Positions 25,273 through 39,100 of a stretch of 64,000 nt of DNA are shown in pieces (the first letter of the stretch is position 1; the number at the start of each line of letters is the position of its first letter). The notes beneath the pieces are model-generated. The model saw nothing but the letters and a program-made list of their open reading frames with translations. It did not search any database and was not told the origin of the DNA. The stretch comes from Auanema rhodensis (taxonomy: Eukaryota > Animalia > Nematoda), in the NCBI GenBank assembly GCA_964057225.1, contig OZ059894.1, forward strand, positions 22,506,001 through 22,570,000. The letters run 5' to 3'. Both the position numbers and the translations under genes were made by a program.

Positions 25273-28200
25273 GTCAAAATGTTTTTGGAAGCAATGTTGA
25301 GTGTACATGGAAACTCAACATACACTAATGCATCATTTTTCAAACGATTATAACTAATTTTTGTATTAAGCGTTTCTCAATGTAGTATAGTGCATTCGAT
25401 GCGGATTTTTAAGCTGCGTCGATCTGTGTTATCAGATTTGCGCTAGCTTAAAAATGCACCGAGATATCAACTGATATAAGTTCACACTTATATCCTCGAT
25501 TTTCACCCTGAAGGAATAATTTTTTCGTTGAATAACATTGTCCATCGTCTTTGCCTTGAAAAAAGGAATCTAAAAACATCTACTTTTTGCTAAATTATTT
25601 TGAAATTTTTCGAAAAAATTTTTGTCAAAATGTTTTTGGAAGCATTGTTGAGTGTACATGGAAACTCAACATACACTAATGCATCATTTTTCAAACGATC
25701 ATAACTATTTTTTGTATTAAGCGTTTCTCAATGTAGTATAGTGCATTCGATGCGGATTTTTAAGCTGCGTCGATCTCTGTTATCAGATTTGCGCTAGCTT
25801 AAAAATGCACCGAGATATCAACTGATATAAGTTCACACTTATATCCTCGATTTTCACCCTGAAGAATTAATTTTTTCGTTGAATAACATTGTCCATCGTC
25901 TTTGCCTTGAAAAATGGAATCTAAAAACATCTACTTTTTGCTAAATTATTTTGAAATTTTTCGAAAAAATTTTTGTCAAAATGTTTTTGGAAGCATTGTT
26001 GAGTGTACATGGAAACTCAACATACACTAATGCATCATTTTTCAAACGATCATAACTAATTTTTGTATTAAGCGTTTCTCAATGTAGTATAGTGCATTCG
26101 ATGCGGATTTTTAAGCTGCGTCGATCTCTGTTATCAGATTTGCGCTAGCTTAAAAATGCACCGAGATATCAACTGATATAAGTTCACACTTATATCCTCG
26201 ATTTTCACCCTGAAGGAATAATTTTTTCGTTGAATAACATTGTCCATCGTCTTTGCCTTGAAAAAAGGAATCTAAAAACATCTACTTTTTGCTAAATTAT
26301 TTTGAAATTTTTCGAAAAAATTTTTGTCAAAATGTTTTTGGAAGCATTGTTGAGTGTACATGGAAACTCAACATACACTAATGCATCATTTTTCAAACGA
26401 TCATAACTAATTTTTGTATTAAGCGTTTCTCAATGTAGTATAGTGCATTCGATGCGGATTTTTAAGCTGCGTCGATCTGTGTTATCAGATTTGCGCTAGC
26501 TGAAAAATGCACCGAGATATCAACTGATATAAGTTCACACTTATATCCTCGATTTTCACCCTGAAGAATTAATTTTTTCGTTGAATAACATTGTCCATCT
26601 TCTTTGCCTTGAAAAATGAAATCTAAAAACATCTACTTTTTGCTAAATTATTTTGAAATTTTTCGAAAAAATTTTTGTCAAAATGTTTTTGGAAGCATTG
26701 TTGAGTGTACATGGAAACTCAACATACACTAATGCATCATTTTTCAAACGATCATAACTAATTTTTGTATCAAGCGTTTCTCAATGTAGTTTAGTGCATT
26801 CGATGCGGATTTTTAAGCTGCGTCGATCTGTGTTATCAGATTTGCGCTAGCTTAAAAATGCACCGAGATATCAACTGATATAAGTTCACACTTAAATCCT
26901 CGATTTTCACCCTGAAGGAATAATTTTTTCGTTGAATAAAATTGTCCATCGTCTTTGCCTTGAAAAATGAAATCTAAAAACATCTACTTTTTGCTAAATT
27001 ATTTTGAAATTTTTCGAAAAAATTTTTGTCAAAATGTTTTTGGAAGCATTGTTGAGTGTACATGGAAACTCAACATACACTAATGCATCATTTTTCAAAC
27101 GATCATAACTAATTTTTGTATCAAGCGTTTCTCAATGTAGTTTAGTGCATTCGATGCGGATTTTTAAGCTGCGTCGATCTGTGTTATCAGATTTGCGCTA
27201 GCATAAAAATGCACCGAGATATCAACTGATATAAGTTCACACTTATATCCTCGATTTTCACCCTGAAGGAATAATTTTTTCGTTGAATAAAATTGTCCAT
27301 CGTCTTTGCCTTGAAAAATGAAATCTAAAAACATCTACTTTTTGCTAAATTATTTTGAAATTTTTCGAAAAAATTTTTGTCAAAATGTTTTTGGAAGCAT
27401 TGTTGAGTGTACATGGAAACTCAACATACACTAATGCATCATTTTTCAAACGATCATAACTAATTTTTGTATCAAGCGTTTCTCAATGTAGTTTAGTGCA
27501 TTCGATGCGGATTTTTAAGCTGCGTCGATCTGTGTTATCAGATTTGCGCTAGCTTAAAAATGCACCGAGATATCAACTGATATAAGTTCACACTTATATC
27601 CTCGATTTTCACCCTGAAGAATTAATTTTTTCGTTGAATAACATTGTCCATCGTCTTTGCCTTGAATAAAGGAATCTAAAAACATCTACTTTTTGCTAAA
27701 TTATTTTGAAATTTTTCGAAAAAATTTTTGTCAAAATGTTTTTGGAAGCAATGTTGAGTGTACATGGAAACTCAACATACACTAATGCATCATTTTTCAA
27801 ACGATTATAACTAATTTTTGTATTAAGCGTTTCTCAATGTAGTATAGTGCATTCGATGCGGATTTTTAAGCTGCGTCGATCTGTGTTATCAGATTTGCGC
27901 TAGCTTAAAAATGCACCGAGATATCAACTGATATAAGTTCACACTTATATCCTCGATTTTCACCCTGAAGGAATAATTTTTTCGTTGAATAACATTGTCC
28001 ATCGTCTTTGCCTTGAAAAAAGGAATCTAAAAACATCTACTTTTTGCTAAATTATTTTGAAATTTTTCGAAAAAATTTTTGTCAAAATGTTTTTGGAAGC
28101 ATTGTTGAGTGTACATGGAAACTCAACATACACTAATGCATCATTTTTCAAACGATCATAACTAATTTTTGTATCAAGCGTTTCTCAATGTAGTTTAGTG

Positions 28201-31200
28201 CATTCGATGCGGATTTTTAAGCTGCGTCGATCTGTGTTATCAGATTTGCGCTAGCTTAAAAATGCACCGAGATATCAACTGATATAAGTTCACACTTATA
28301 TCCTCGATTTTCACCCTGAAGGAATAATTTTTTCGTTGAATAACACTGTCCATCGTCTTTGCCTTGAAAAAAGGAATCTAAAAACATCTACTTTTTGCTA
28401 AATTATTTTGAAATTTTTCGAAAAAATTTTTGTCAAAATGTTTTTGGAAGCATTGTTGAGTGTACATGGAAACTCAACATACACTAATGCATCATTTTTC
28501 AAACGATCATAACTATTTTTTGTATTAAGCGTTTCTCAATGTAGTATAGTGCATTCGATGCGGATTTCTAAGCTGCGTCGATCTCTGTTATCAGATTTGC
28601 GCTAGCTTAAAAATGCACCGAGATATCAACTGATATAAGTTCACACTTATATCCTCGATTTTCACCCTGAAGAATTAATTTTTTCGTTGAATAACATTGT
28701 CCATCGTCTTTGCCTTGAAAAATGGAATCTAAAAACATCTACTTTTTGCTAAATTATTTTGAAATTTTTCGAAAAAATTTTTGTCAAAATGTTTTTGGAA
28801 GCATTGTTGAGTGTACATGGAAACTCAACATACACTAATGCATCATTTTTCAAACGATCATAACTAATTTTTGTATCAAGCGTTTCTCAATGTAGTTTAG
28901 TGCATTCGATGCGGATTTTTAAGCTGCGTCGATCTGTGTTATCAGATTTGCGCTAGCTTAAAAATGCACCGAGATATCAACTGATATAAGTTCACACTTA
29001 TATCCTCGATTTTCACCCTGAAGGAATAATTTTTTCGTTGAATAACACTGTCCATCGTCTTTGCCTTGAAAAAAGGAATCTAAAAACATCTACTTTTTGC
29101 TAAATTATTTTGAAATTTTTCGAAAAAATTTTTGTCAAAATGTTTTTGGAAGCAATGTTGAGTGTACATGGAAACTCAACATACACTAATGCATCATTTT
29201 TCAAACGATTATAACTAATTTTTGTATTAAGCGTTTCTCAATGTAGTATAGTGCATTCGATGCGGATTTTTAAGCTGCGTCGATCTGTGTTATCAGATTT
29301 GCGCTAGCTTAAAAATGCACCGAGATATCAACTGATATAAGTTCACACTTATATCCTCGATTTTCACCCTGAAGGAATAATTTTTTCGTTGAATAACATT
29401 GTCCATCGTCTTTGCCTTGAAAAAAGGAATCTAAAAACATCTACTTTTTGCTAAATTATTTTGAAATTTTTCGAAAAAATTTTTGTCAAAATGTTTTTGG
29501 AAGCATTGTTGAGTGTACATGGAAACTCAACATACACTAATGCATCATTTTTCAAACGATCATAACTAATTTTTGTATCAAGCGTTTCTCAATGTAGTTT
29601 AGTGCATTCGATGCGGATTTTTAAGCTGCGTCGATCTGTGTTATCAGATTTGCGCTAGCTTAAAAATGCACCGAGATATCAACTGATATAAGTTCACACT
29701 TATATCCTCGATTTTCACCCTGAAGGAATAATTTTTTCGTTGAATAACACTGTCCATCGTCTTTGCCTTGAAAAAAGGAATCTAAAAACATCTACTTTTT
29801 GCTAAATTATTTTGAAATTTTTCGAAAAAATTTTTGTCAAAATGTTTTTGGAAGCATTGTTGAGTGTACATGGAAACTCAACATACACTAATGCATCATT
29901 TTTCAAACGATCATAACTAATTTTTGTATCAAGCGTTTCTCAATGTAGTATAGTGCATTCGATGCGGATTTTTAAGCTGCGTCGATCTCTGTTATCAGAT
30001 TTGCGCTAGCTTAAAAATGCACCGAGATATCAACTGATATAAGTTCACACTTATATCCTCGATTTTCACCCTGAAGGAATAATTTTTTCGTTGAATAACA
30101 TTGTCCATCGTCTTTGCCTTGAAAAAAGGAATCTAAAAACATCTACTTTTTGCTAAATTATTTTGAAATTTTTCGAAAAAATTTTTGTCAAAATGTTTTT
30201 GGAAGCATTGTTGAGTGTACATGGAAACTCAACATACACTAATGCATCATTTTTCAAACGATCATAACTAATTTTTGTATTAAGCGTTTCTCAATGTAGT
30301 ATAGTGCATTCGATGCGGATTTTTAAGCTGCGTCGATCTGTGTTATCAGATTTGCGCTAGCTGAAAAATGCACCGAGATATCAACTGATATAAGTTCACA
30401 CTTATATCCTCGATTTTCACCCTGAAGAATTAATTTTTTCGTTGAATAACATTGTCCATCTTCTTTGCCTTGAAAAATGAAATCTAAAAACATCTACTTT
30501 TTGCTAAATTATTTTGAAATTTTTCGAAAAAATTTTTGTCAAAATGTTTTTGGAAGCATTGTTGAGTGTACATGGAAACTCAACATACACTAATGCATCA
30601 TTTTTCAAACGATCATAACTAATTTTTGTATCAAGCGTTTCTCAATGTAGTTTAGTGCATTCGATGCGGATTTTTAAGCTGCGTCGATCTGTGTTATCAG
30701 ATTTGCGCTAGCTTAAAAATGCACCGAGATATCAACTGATATAAGTTCACACTTATATCCTCGATTTTCACCCTGAAGAATTAATTTTTTCGTTGAATAA
30801 CATTGTCCATCGTCTTTGCCTTGAATAAAGGAATCTAAAAACATCTACTTTTTGCTAAATTATTTTGAAATTTTTCGAAAAAATTTTTGTCAAAATGTTT
30901 TTGGAAGCAATGTTGAGTGTACATGGAAACTCAACATACACTAATGCATCATTTTTCAAACGATTATAACTAATTTTTGTATTAAGCGTTTCTCAATGTA
31001 GTATAGTGCATTCGATGCGGATTTTTAAGCTGCGTCGATCTGTGTTATCAGATTTGCGCTAGCTTAAAAATGCACCGAGATATCAACTGATATAAGTTCA
31101 CACTTATATCCTCGATTTTCACCCTGAAGGAATAATTTTTTCGTTGAATAACATTGTCCATCGTCTTTGCCTTGAAAAAAGGAATCTAAAAACATCTACT

Positions 31201-32994
31201 TTTTGCTAAATTATTTTGAAATTTTTCGAAAAAATTTTTGTCAAAATGTTTTTGGAAGCATTGTTGAGTGTACATGGAAACTCAACATACACTAATGCAT
31301 CATTTTTCAAACGATCATAACTAATTTTTGTATCAAGCGTTTCTCAATGTAGTTTAGTGCATTCGATGCGGATTTTTAAGCTGCGTCGATCTGTGTTATC
31401 AGATTTGCGCTAGCTTAAAAATGCACCGAGATATCAACTGATATAAGTTCACACTTATATCCTCGATTTTCACCCTGAAGGAATAATTTTTTCGTTGAAT
31501 AACACTGTCCATCGTCTTTGCCTTGAAAAAAGGAATCTAAAAACATCTACTTTTTGCTAAATTATTTTGAAATTTTTCGAAAAAATTTTTGTCAAAATGT
31601 TTTTGGAAGCATTGTTGAGTGTACATGGAAACTCAACATACACTAATGCATCATTTTTCAAACGATCATAACTAATTTTTGTATTAAGCGTTTCTCAATG
31701 TAGTATAGTGCATTCGATGCGGATTTTTAAGCTGCGTCGATCTCTGTTATCAGATTTGCGCTAGCTTAAAAATGCACCGAGATATCAACTGATATAAGTT
31801 CACACTTATATCCTCGATTTTCACCCTGAAGGAATAATTTTTTCGTTGAATAACATTGTCCATCGTCTTTGCCTTGAAAAAAGGAATCTAAAAACATCTA
31901 CTTTTTGCTAAATTATTTTGAAATTTTTCGAAAAAATTGTTGTCAAAATGTTTTTGGAAGCATTGTTGAGTGTACATGGAAACTCAACATACACTAATGC
32001 ATCATTTTTCAAACGATCATAACTAATTTTTGTATTAAGCGTTTCTCAATGTAGTATAGTGCATTCGATGCGGATTTTTAAGCTGCGTCGATCTGTGTTA
32101 TCAGATTTGCGCTAGCTGAAAAATGCACCGAGATATCAACTGATATAAGTTCACACTTATATCCTCGATTTTCACCCTGAAGAATTAATTTTTTCGTTGA
32201 ATAACATTGTCCATCTTCTTTGCCTTGAAAAATGAAATCTAAAAACATCTACTTTTTGCTAAATTATTTTGAAATTTTTCGAAAAAATTTTTGTCAAAAT
32301 GTTTTTGGAAGCATTGTTGAGTGTACATGGAAACTCAACATACACTAATGCATCATTTTTCAAACGATCATAACTAATTTTTGTATCAAGCGTTTCTCAA
32401 TGTAGTTTAGTGCATTCGATGCGGATTTTTAAGCTGCGTCGATCTGTGTTATCAGATTTGCGCTAGCTTAAAAATGCACCGAGATATCAACTGATATAAG
32501 TTCACACTTATATCCTCGATTTTCACCCTGAAGGAATAATTTTTTCGTTGAATAAAATTGTCCATCGTCTTTGCCTTGAAAAATGAAATCTAAAAACATC
32601 TACTTTTTGCTAAATTATTTTGAAATTTTTCGAAAAAATTTTTGTCAAAATGTTTTTGGAAGCATTGTTGAGTGTACATGGAAACTCAACATACACTAAT
32701 GCATCATTTTTCAAACGATCATAACTAATTTTTGTATCAAGCGTTTCTCAATGTAGTTTAGTGCATTCGATGCGGATTTTTAAGCTGCGTCGATCTGTGT
32801 TATCAGATTTGCGCTAGCATAAAAATGCACCGAGATATCAACTGATATAAGTTCACACTTATATCCTCGATTTTCACCCTGAAGGAATAATTTTTTCGTT
32901 GAATAAAATTGTCCATCGTCTTTGCCTTGAAAAATGAAATCTAAAAACATCTACTTTTTGCTAAATTATTTTGAAATTTTTCGAAAAAATTTTT

Positions 32995-35900
32995 GTCAAA
33001 ATGTTTTTGGAAGCATTGTTGAGTGTACATGGAAACTCAACATACACTAATGCATCATTTTTCAAACGATCATAACTAATTTTTGTATCAAGCGTTTCTC
33101 AATGTAGTTTAGTGCATTCGATGCGGATTTTTAAGCTGCGTCGATCTGTGTTATCAGATTTGCGCTAGCTTAAAAATGCACCGAGATATCAACTGATATA
33201 AGTTCACACTTATATCCTCGATTTTCACCCTGAAGGAATAATTTTTTCGTTGAATAACATTGTCCATCGTCTTTGCCTTGAAAAAAGGAATCTAAAAACA
33301 TCTACTTTTTGCTAAATTATTTTGAAATTTTTCGAAAAAATTTTTGTCAAAATGTTTTTGGAAGCAATGTTGAGTGTACATGGAAACTCAACATACACTA
33401 ATGCATCATTTTTCAAACGATCATAACTAATTTTTGTATTAAGCGTTTCTCAATGTAGTATAGTGCATTCGATGCGGATTTTTAAGCTGCGTCGATCTCT
33501 GTTATCAGATTTGCGCTAGCTTAAAAATGCACCGAGATATCAACTGATATAAGTTCACACTTATATCCTCGATTTTCACCCTGAAGGAATAATTTTTTCG
33601 TTGAATAACATTGTCCATCGTCTTTGCCTTGAAAAAAGGAATCTAAAAACATCTACTTTTTGCTAAATTATTTTGAAATTTTTCGAAAAAATTTTTGTCA
33701 AAATGTTTTTGGAAGCATTGTTGAGTGTACATGGAAACTCAACATACACTAATGCATCATTTTTCAAACGATCATAACTAATTTTTGTATTAAGCGTTTC
33801 TCAATGTAGTATAGTGCATTCGATGCGGATTTTTAAGCTGCGTCGATCTGTGTTATCAGATTTGCGCTAGCTTAAAAATGCACCGAGATATCAACTGATA
33901 TAAGTTCACACTTATATCCTCGATTTTCACCCTGAAGAATTAATTTTTTCGTTGAATAACATTGTCCATCTTCTTTGCCTTGAAAAATGAAATCTAAAAA
34001 CATCTACTTTTTGCTAAATTATTTTGAAATTTTTCGAAAAAATTTTTGTCAAAATGTTTTTGGAAGCATTGTTGAGTGTACATGGAAACTCAACATACAC
34101 TAATGCATCATTTTTCAAACGATCATAACTAATTTTTGTATCAAGCGTTTCTCAATGTAGTTTAGTGCATTCGATGCGGATTTTTAAGCTGCGTCGATCT
34201 GTGTTATCAGATTTGCGCTAGCTTAAAAATGCACCGAGATATCAACTGATATAAGTTCACACTTATATCCTCGATTTTCACCCTGAAGGAATAATTTTTT
34301 CGTTGAATAAAATTGTCCATCGTCTTTGCCTTGAAAAATGAAATCTAAAAACATCTACTTTTTGCTAAATTATTTTGAAATTTTTCGAAAAAATTTTTGT
34401 CAAAATGTTTTTGGAAGCATTGTTGAGTGTACATGGAAACTCAACATACACTAATGCATCATTTTTCAAACGATCATAACTAATTTTTGTATCAAGCGTT
34501 TCTCAATGTAGTTTAGTGCATTCGATGCGGATTTTTAAGCTGCGTCGATCTGTGTTATCAGATTTGCGCTAGCTTAAAAATGCACCGAGATATCAACTGA
34601 TATAAGTTCACACTTATATCCTCGATTTTCACCCTGAAGGAATAATTTTTTCGTTGAATAACACTGTTCATCGTCTTTGCCTTGAAAAAAGGAATCTAAA
34701 AACATCTACTTTTTGCTAAATTATTTTGAAATTTTTCGAAAAAATTTTTGTCAAAATGTTTTTGGAAGCATTGTTGAGTGTACATGGAAACTCAACATAC
34801 ACTAATGCATCATTTTTCAAACGATCATAACTAATTTTTGTATCAAGCGTTTCTCAATGTAGTTTAGTGCATTCGATGCGGATTTTTAAGCTGCGTCGAT
34901 CTGTGTTATCAGATTTGCGCTAGCTTAAAAATGCACCGAGATATCAACTGATATAAGTTCACACTTATATCCTCGATTTTCACCCTGAAGGAATAATTTT
35001 TTCGTTGAATAACATTGTCCATCGTCTTTGCCTTGAAAAAAGGAATCTAAAAACATCTACTTTTTGCTAAATTATTTTGAAATTTTTCGAAAAAATTTTT
35101 GTCAAAATGTTTTTGGAAGCAATGTTGAGTGTACATGGAAACTCAACATACACTAATGCATCATTTTTCAAACGATCATAACTAATTTTTGTATTAAGCG
35201 TTTCTCAATGTAGTATAGTGCATTCGATGCGGATTTTTAAGCTGCGTCGATCTCTGTTATCAGATTTGCGCTAGCTTAAAAATGCACCGAGATATCAACT
35301 GATATAAGTTCACACTTATATCCTCGATTTTCACCCTGAAGGAATAATTTTTTCGTTGAATAACATTGTCCATCGTCTTTGCCTTGAAAAAAGGAATCTA
35401 AAAACATCTACTTTTTGCTAAATTATTTTGAAATTTTTCGAAAAAATTTTTGTCAAAATGTTTTTGGAAGCATTGTTGAGTGTACATGGAAACTCAACAT
35501 ACACTAATGCATCATTTTTCAAACGATCATAACTAATTTTTGTATTAAGCGTTTCTCAATGTAGTATAGTGCATTCGATGCGGATTTTTAAGCTGCGTCG
35601 ATCTGTGTTATCAGATTTGCGCTAGCTTAAAAATGCACCGAGATATCAACTGATATAAGTTCACACTTATATCCTCGATTTTCACCCTGAAGAATTAATT
35701 TTTTCGTTGAATAACATTGTCCATCTTCTTTGCCTTGAAAAATGAAATCTAAAAACATCTACTTTTTGCTAAATTATTTTGAAATTTTTCGAAAAAATTT
35801 TTGTCAAAATGTTTTTGGAAGCATTGTTGAGTGTACATGGAAACTCAACATACACTAATGCATCATTTTTCAAACGATCATAACTAATTTTTGTATCAAG

Positions 35901-36153
35901 CGTTTCTCAATGTAGTTTAGTGCATTCGATGCGGATTTTTAAGCTGCGTCGATCTGTGTTATCAGATTTGCGCTAGCTTAAAAATGCACCGAGATATCAA
36001 CTGATATAAGTTCACACTTATATCCTCGATTTTCACCCTGAAGGAATAATTTTTTCGTTGAATAAAATTGTCCATCGTCTTTGCCTTGAAAAATGAAATC
36101 TAAAAACATCTACTTTTTGCTAAATTATTTTGAAATTTTTCGAAAAAATTTTT
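32995..36153 (+). repeat. 5-mer period duplication (M95-98 = M100-103)
   Basis: The same haplotype order (95C/115T; 22A/154C; 275T; 264A) repeats 1755 bp later. Based on common variants only. Confidence 0.65.
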
Positions 36154-39100
36154 GTCAAAATGTTTTTGGAAGCATTGTTGAGTGTACATGGAAACTCAAC
36201 ATACACTAATGCATCATTTTTCAAACGATCATAACTAATTTTTGTATCAAGCGTTTCTCAATGTAGTTTAGTGCATTCGATGCGGATTTTTAAGCTGCGT
36301 CGATCTGTGTTATCAGATTTGCGCTAGCTTAAAAATGCACCGAGATATCAACTGATATAAGTTCACACTTATATCCTCGATTTTCACCCTGAAGGAATAA
36401 TTTTTTCGTTGAATAAAATTGTCCATCGTCTTTGCCTTGAAAAATGAAATCTAAAAACATCTACTTTTTGCTAAATTATTTTGAAATTTTTCGAAAAAAT
36501 TTTTGTCAAAATGTTTTTGGAAGCATTGTTGAGTGTACATGGAAACTCAACATACACTAATGCATCATTTTTCAAACGATCATAACTAATTTTTGTATCA
36601 AGCGTTTCTCAATGTAGTTTAGTGCATTCGATGCGGATTTTTAAGCTGCGTCGATCTGTGTTATCAGATTTGCGCTAGCTTAAAAATGCACCGAGATATC
36701 AACTGATATAAGTTCACACTTATATCCTCGATTTTCACCCTGAAGGAATAATTTTTTCGTTGAATAACACTGTCCATCGTCTTTGCCTTGAAAAAAGGAA
36801 TCTAAAAACATCTACTTTTTGCTAAATTATTTTGAAATTTTTCGAAAAAATTTTTGTCAAAATGTTTTTGGAAGCAATGTTGAGTGTACATGGAAACTCA
36901 ACATACACTAATGCATCATTTTTCAAACGATCATAACTAATTTTTGTATTAAGCGTTTCTCAATGTAGTATAGTGCATTCGATGCGGATTTTTAAGCTGC
37001 GTCGATCTCTGTTATCAGATTTGCGCTAGCTTAAAAATGCACCGAGATATCAACTGATATAAGTTCACACTTATATCCTCGATTTTCACCCTGAAGAATT
37101 AATTTTTTCGTTGAATAACATTGTCCATCGTCTTTGCCTTGAATAAAGGAATCTAAAAACATCTACTTTTTGCTAAATTATTTTGAAATTTTTCGAAAAA
37201 ATTTTTGTCAAAATGTTTTTGGAAGCAATGTTGAGTGTACATGGAAACTCAACATACACTAATGCATCATTTTTTCAAACGATCATAACTAATTTTTGTA
37301 TTAAGCGTTTCTCAATGTAGTATAGTGCATTCGATGCGGATTTTTAAGCTGCGTCGATCTGTGTTATCAGATTTGCGCTAGCTTAAAAATGCACCGAGAT
37401 ATCAACTGATATAAGTTCACACTTATATCCTCGATTTTCACCCTGAAGGAATAATTTTTTCGTTGAATAACATTGTCCATCGTCTTTGCCTTGAAAAAAG
37501 GAATCTAAAAACATCTACTTTTTGCTAAATTATTTTGAAATTTTTCGAAAAAATTTTTGTCAAAATGTTTTTGGAAGCATTGTTGAGTGTACATGGAAAC
37601 TCAACATACACTAATGCATCATTTTTCAAACGATCATAACTATTTTTTGTATTAAGCGTTTCTCAATGTAGTATAGTGCATTCGATGCGGATTTCTAAGC
37701 TGCGTCGATCTCTGTTATCAGATTTGCGCTAGCTTAAAAATGCACCGAGATATCAACTGATATAAGTTCACACTTATATCCTCGATTTTCACCCTGAAGA
37801 ATTAATTTTTTCGTTGAATAACATTGTCCATCGTCTTTGCCTTGAAAAATGGAATCTAAAAACATCTACTTTTTGCTAAATTATTTTGAAATTTTTCGAA
37901 AAAATTTTTGTCAAAATGTTTTTGGAAGCATTGTTGAGTGTACATGGAAACTCAACATACACTAATGCATCATTTTTCAAACGATCATAACTAATTTTTG
38001 TATCAAGCGTTTCTCAATGTAGTTTAGTGCATTCGATGCGGATTTTTAAGCTGCGTCGATCTGTGTTATCAGATTTGCGCTAGCTTAAAAATGCACCGAG
38101 ATATCAACTGATATAAGTTCACACTTATATCCTCGATTTTCACCCTGAAGGAATAATTTTTTCGTTGAATAACACTGTCCATCGTCTTTGCCTTGAAAAA
38201 AGGAATCTAAAAACATCTACTTTTTGCTAAATTATTTTGAAATTTTTCGAAAAAATTTTTGTCAAAATGTTTTTGGAAGCATTGTTGAGTGTACATGGAA
38301 ACTCAACATACACTAATGCATCATTTTTCAAACGATCATAACTAATTTTTGTATTAAGCGTTTCTCAATGTAGTATAGTGCATTCGATGCGGATTTTTAA
38401 GCTGCGTCGATCTCTGTTATCAGATTTGCGCTAGCTTAAAAATGCACCGAGATATCAACTGATATAAGTTCACACTTATATCCTCGATTTTCACCCTGAA
38501 GGAATAATTTTTTCGTTGAATAACATTGTCCATCGTCTTTGCCTTGAAAAAAGGAATCTAAAAACATCTACTTTTTGCTAAATTATTTTGAAATTTTTCG
38601 AAAAAATTTTTGTCAAAATGTTTTTGGAAGCAATGTTGAGTGTACATGGAAACTCAACATACACTAATGCATCATTTTTCAAACGATCATAACTAATTTT
38701 TGTATTAAGCGTTTCTCAATGTAGTATAGTGCATTCGATGCGGATTTTTAAGCTGCGTCGATCTCTGTTATCAGATTTGCGCTAGCTTAAAAATGCACCG
38801 AGATATCAACTGATATAAGTTCACACTTATATCCTCGATTTTCACCCTGAAGGAATAATTTTTTCGTTGAATAACATTGTCCATCGTCTTTGCCTTGAAA
38901 AAAGGAATCTAAAAACATCTACTTTTTGCTAAATTATTTTGAAATTTTTCGAAAAAATTTTTGTCAAAATGTTTTTGGAAGCATTGTTGAGTGTACATGG
39001 AAACTCAACATACACTAATGCATCATTTTTCAAACGATCATAACTAATTTTTGTATCAAGCGTTTCTCAATGTAGTTTAGTGCATTCGATGCGGATTTTT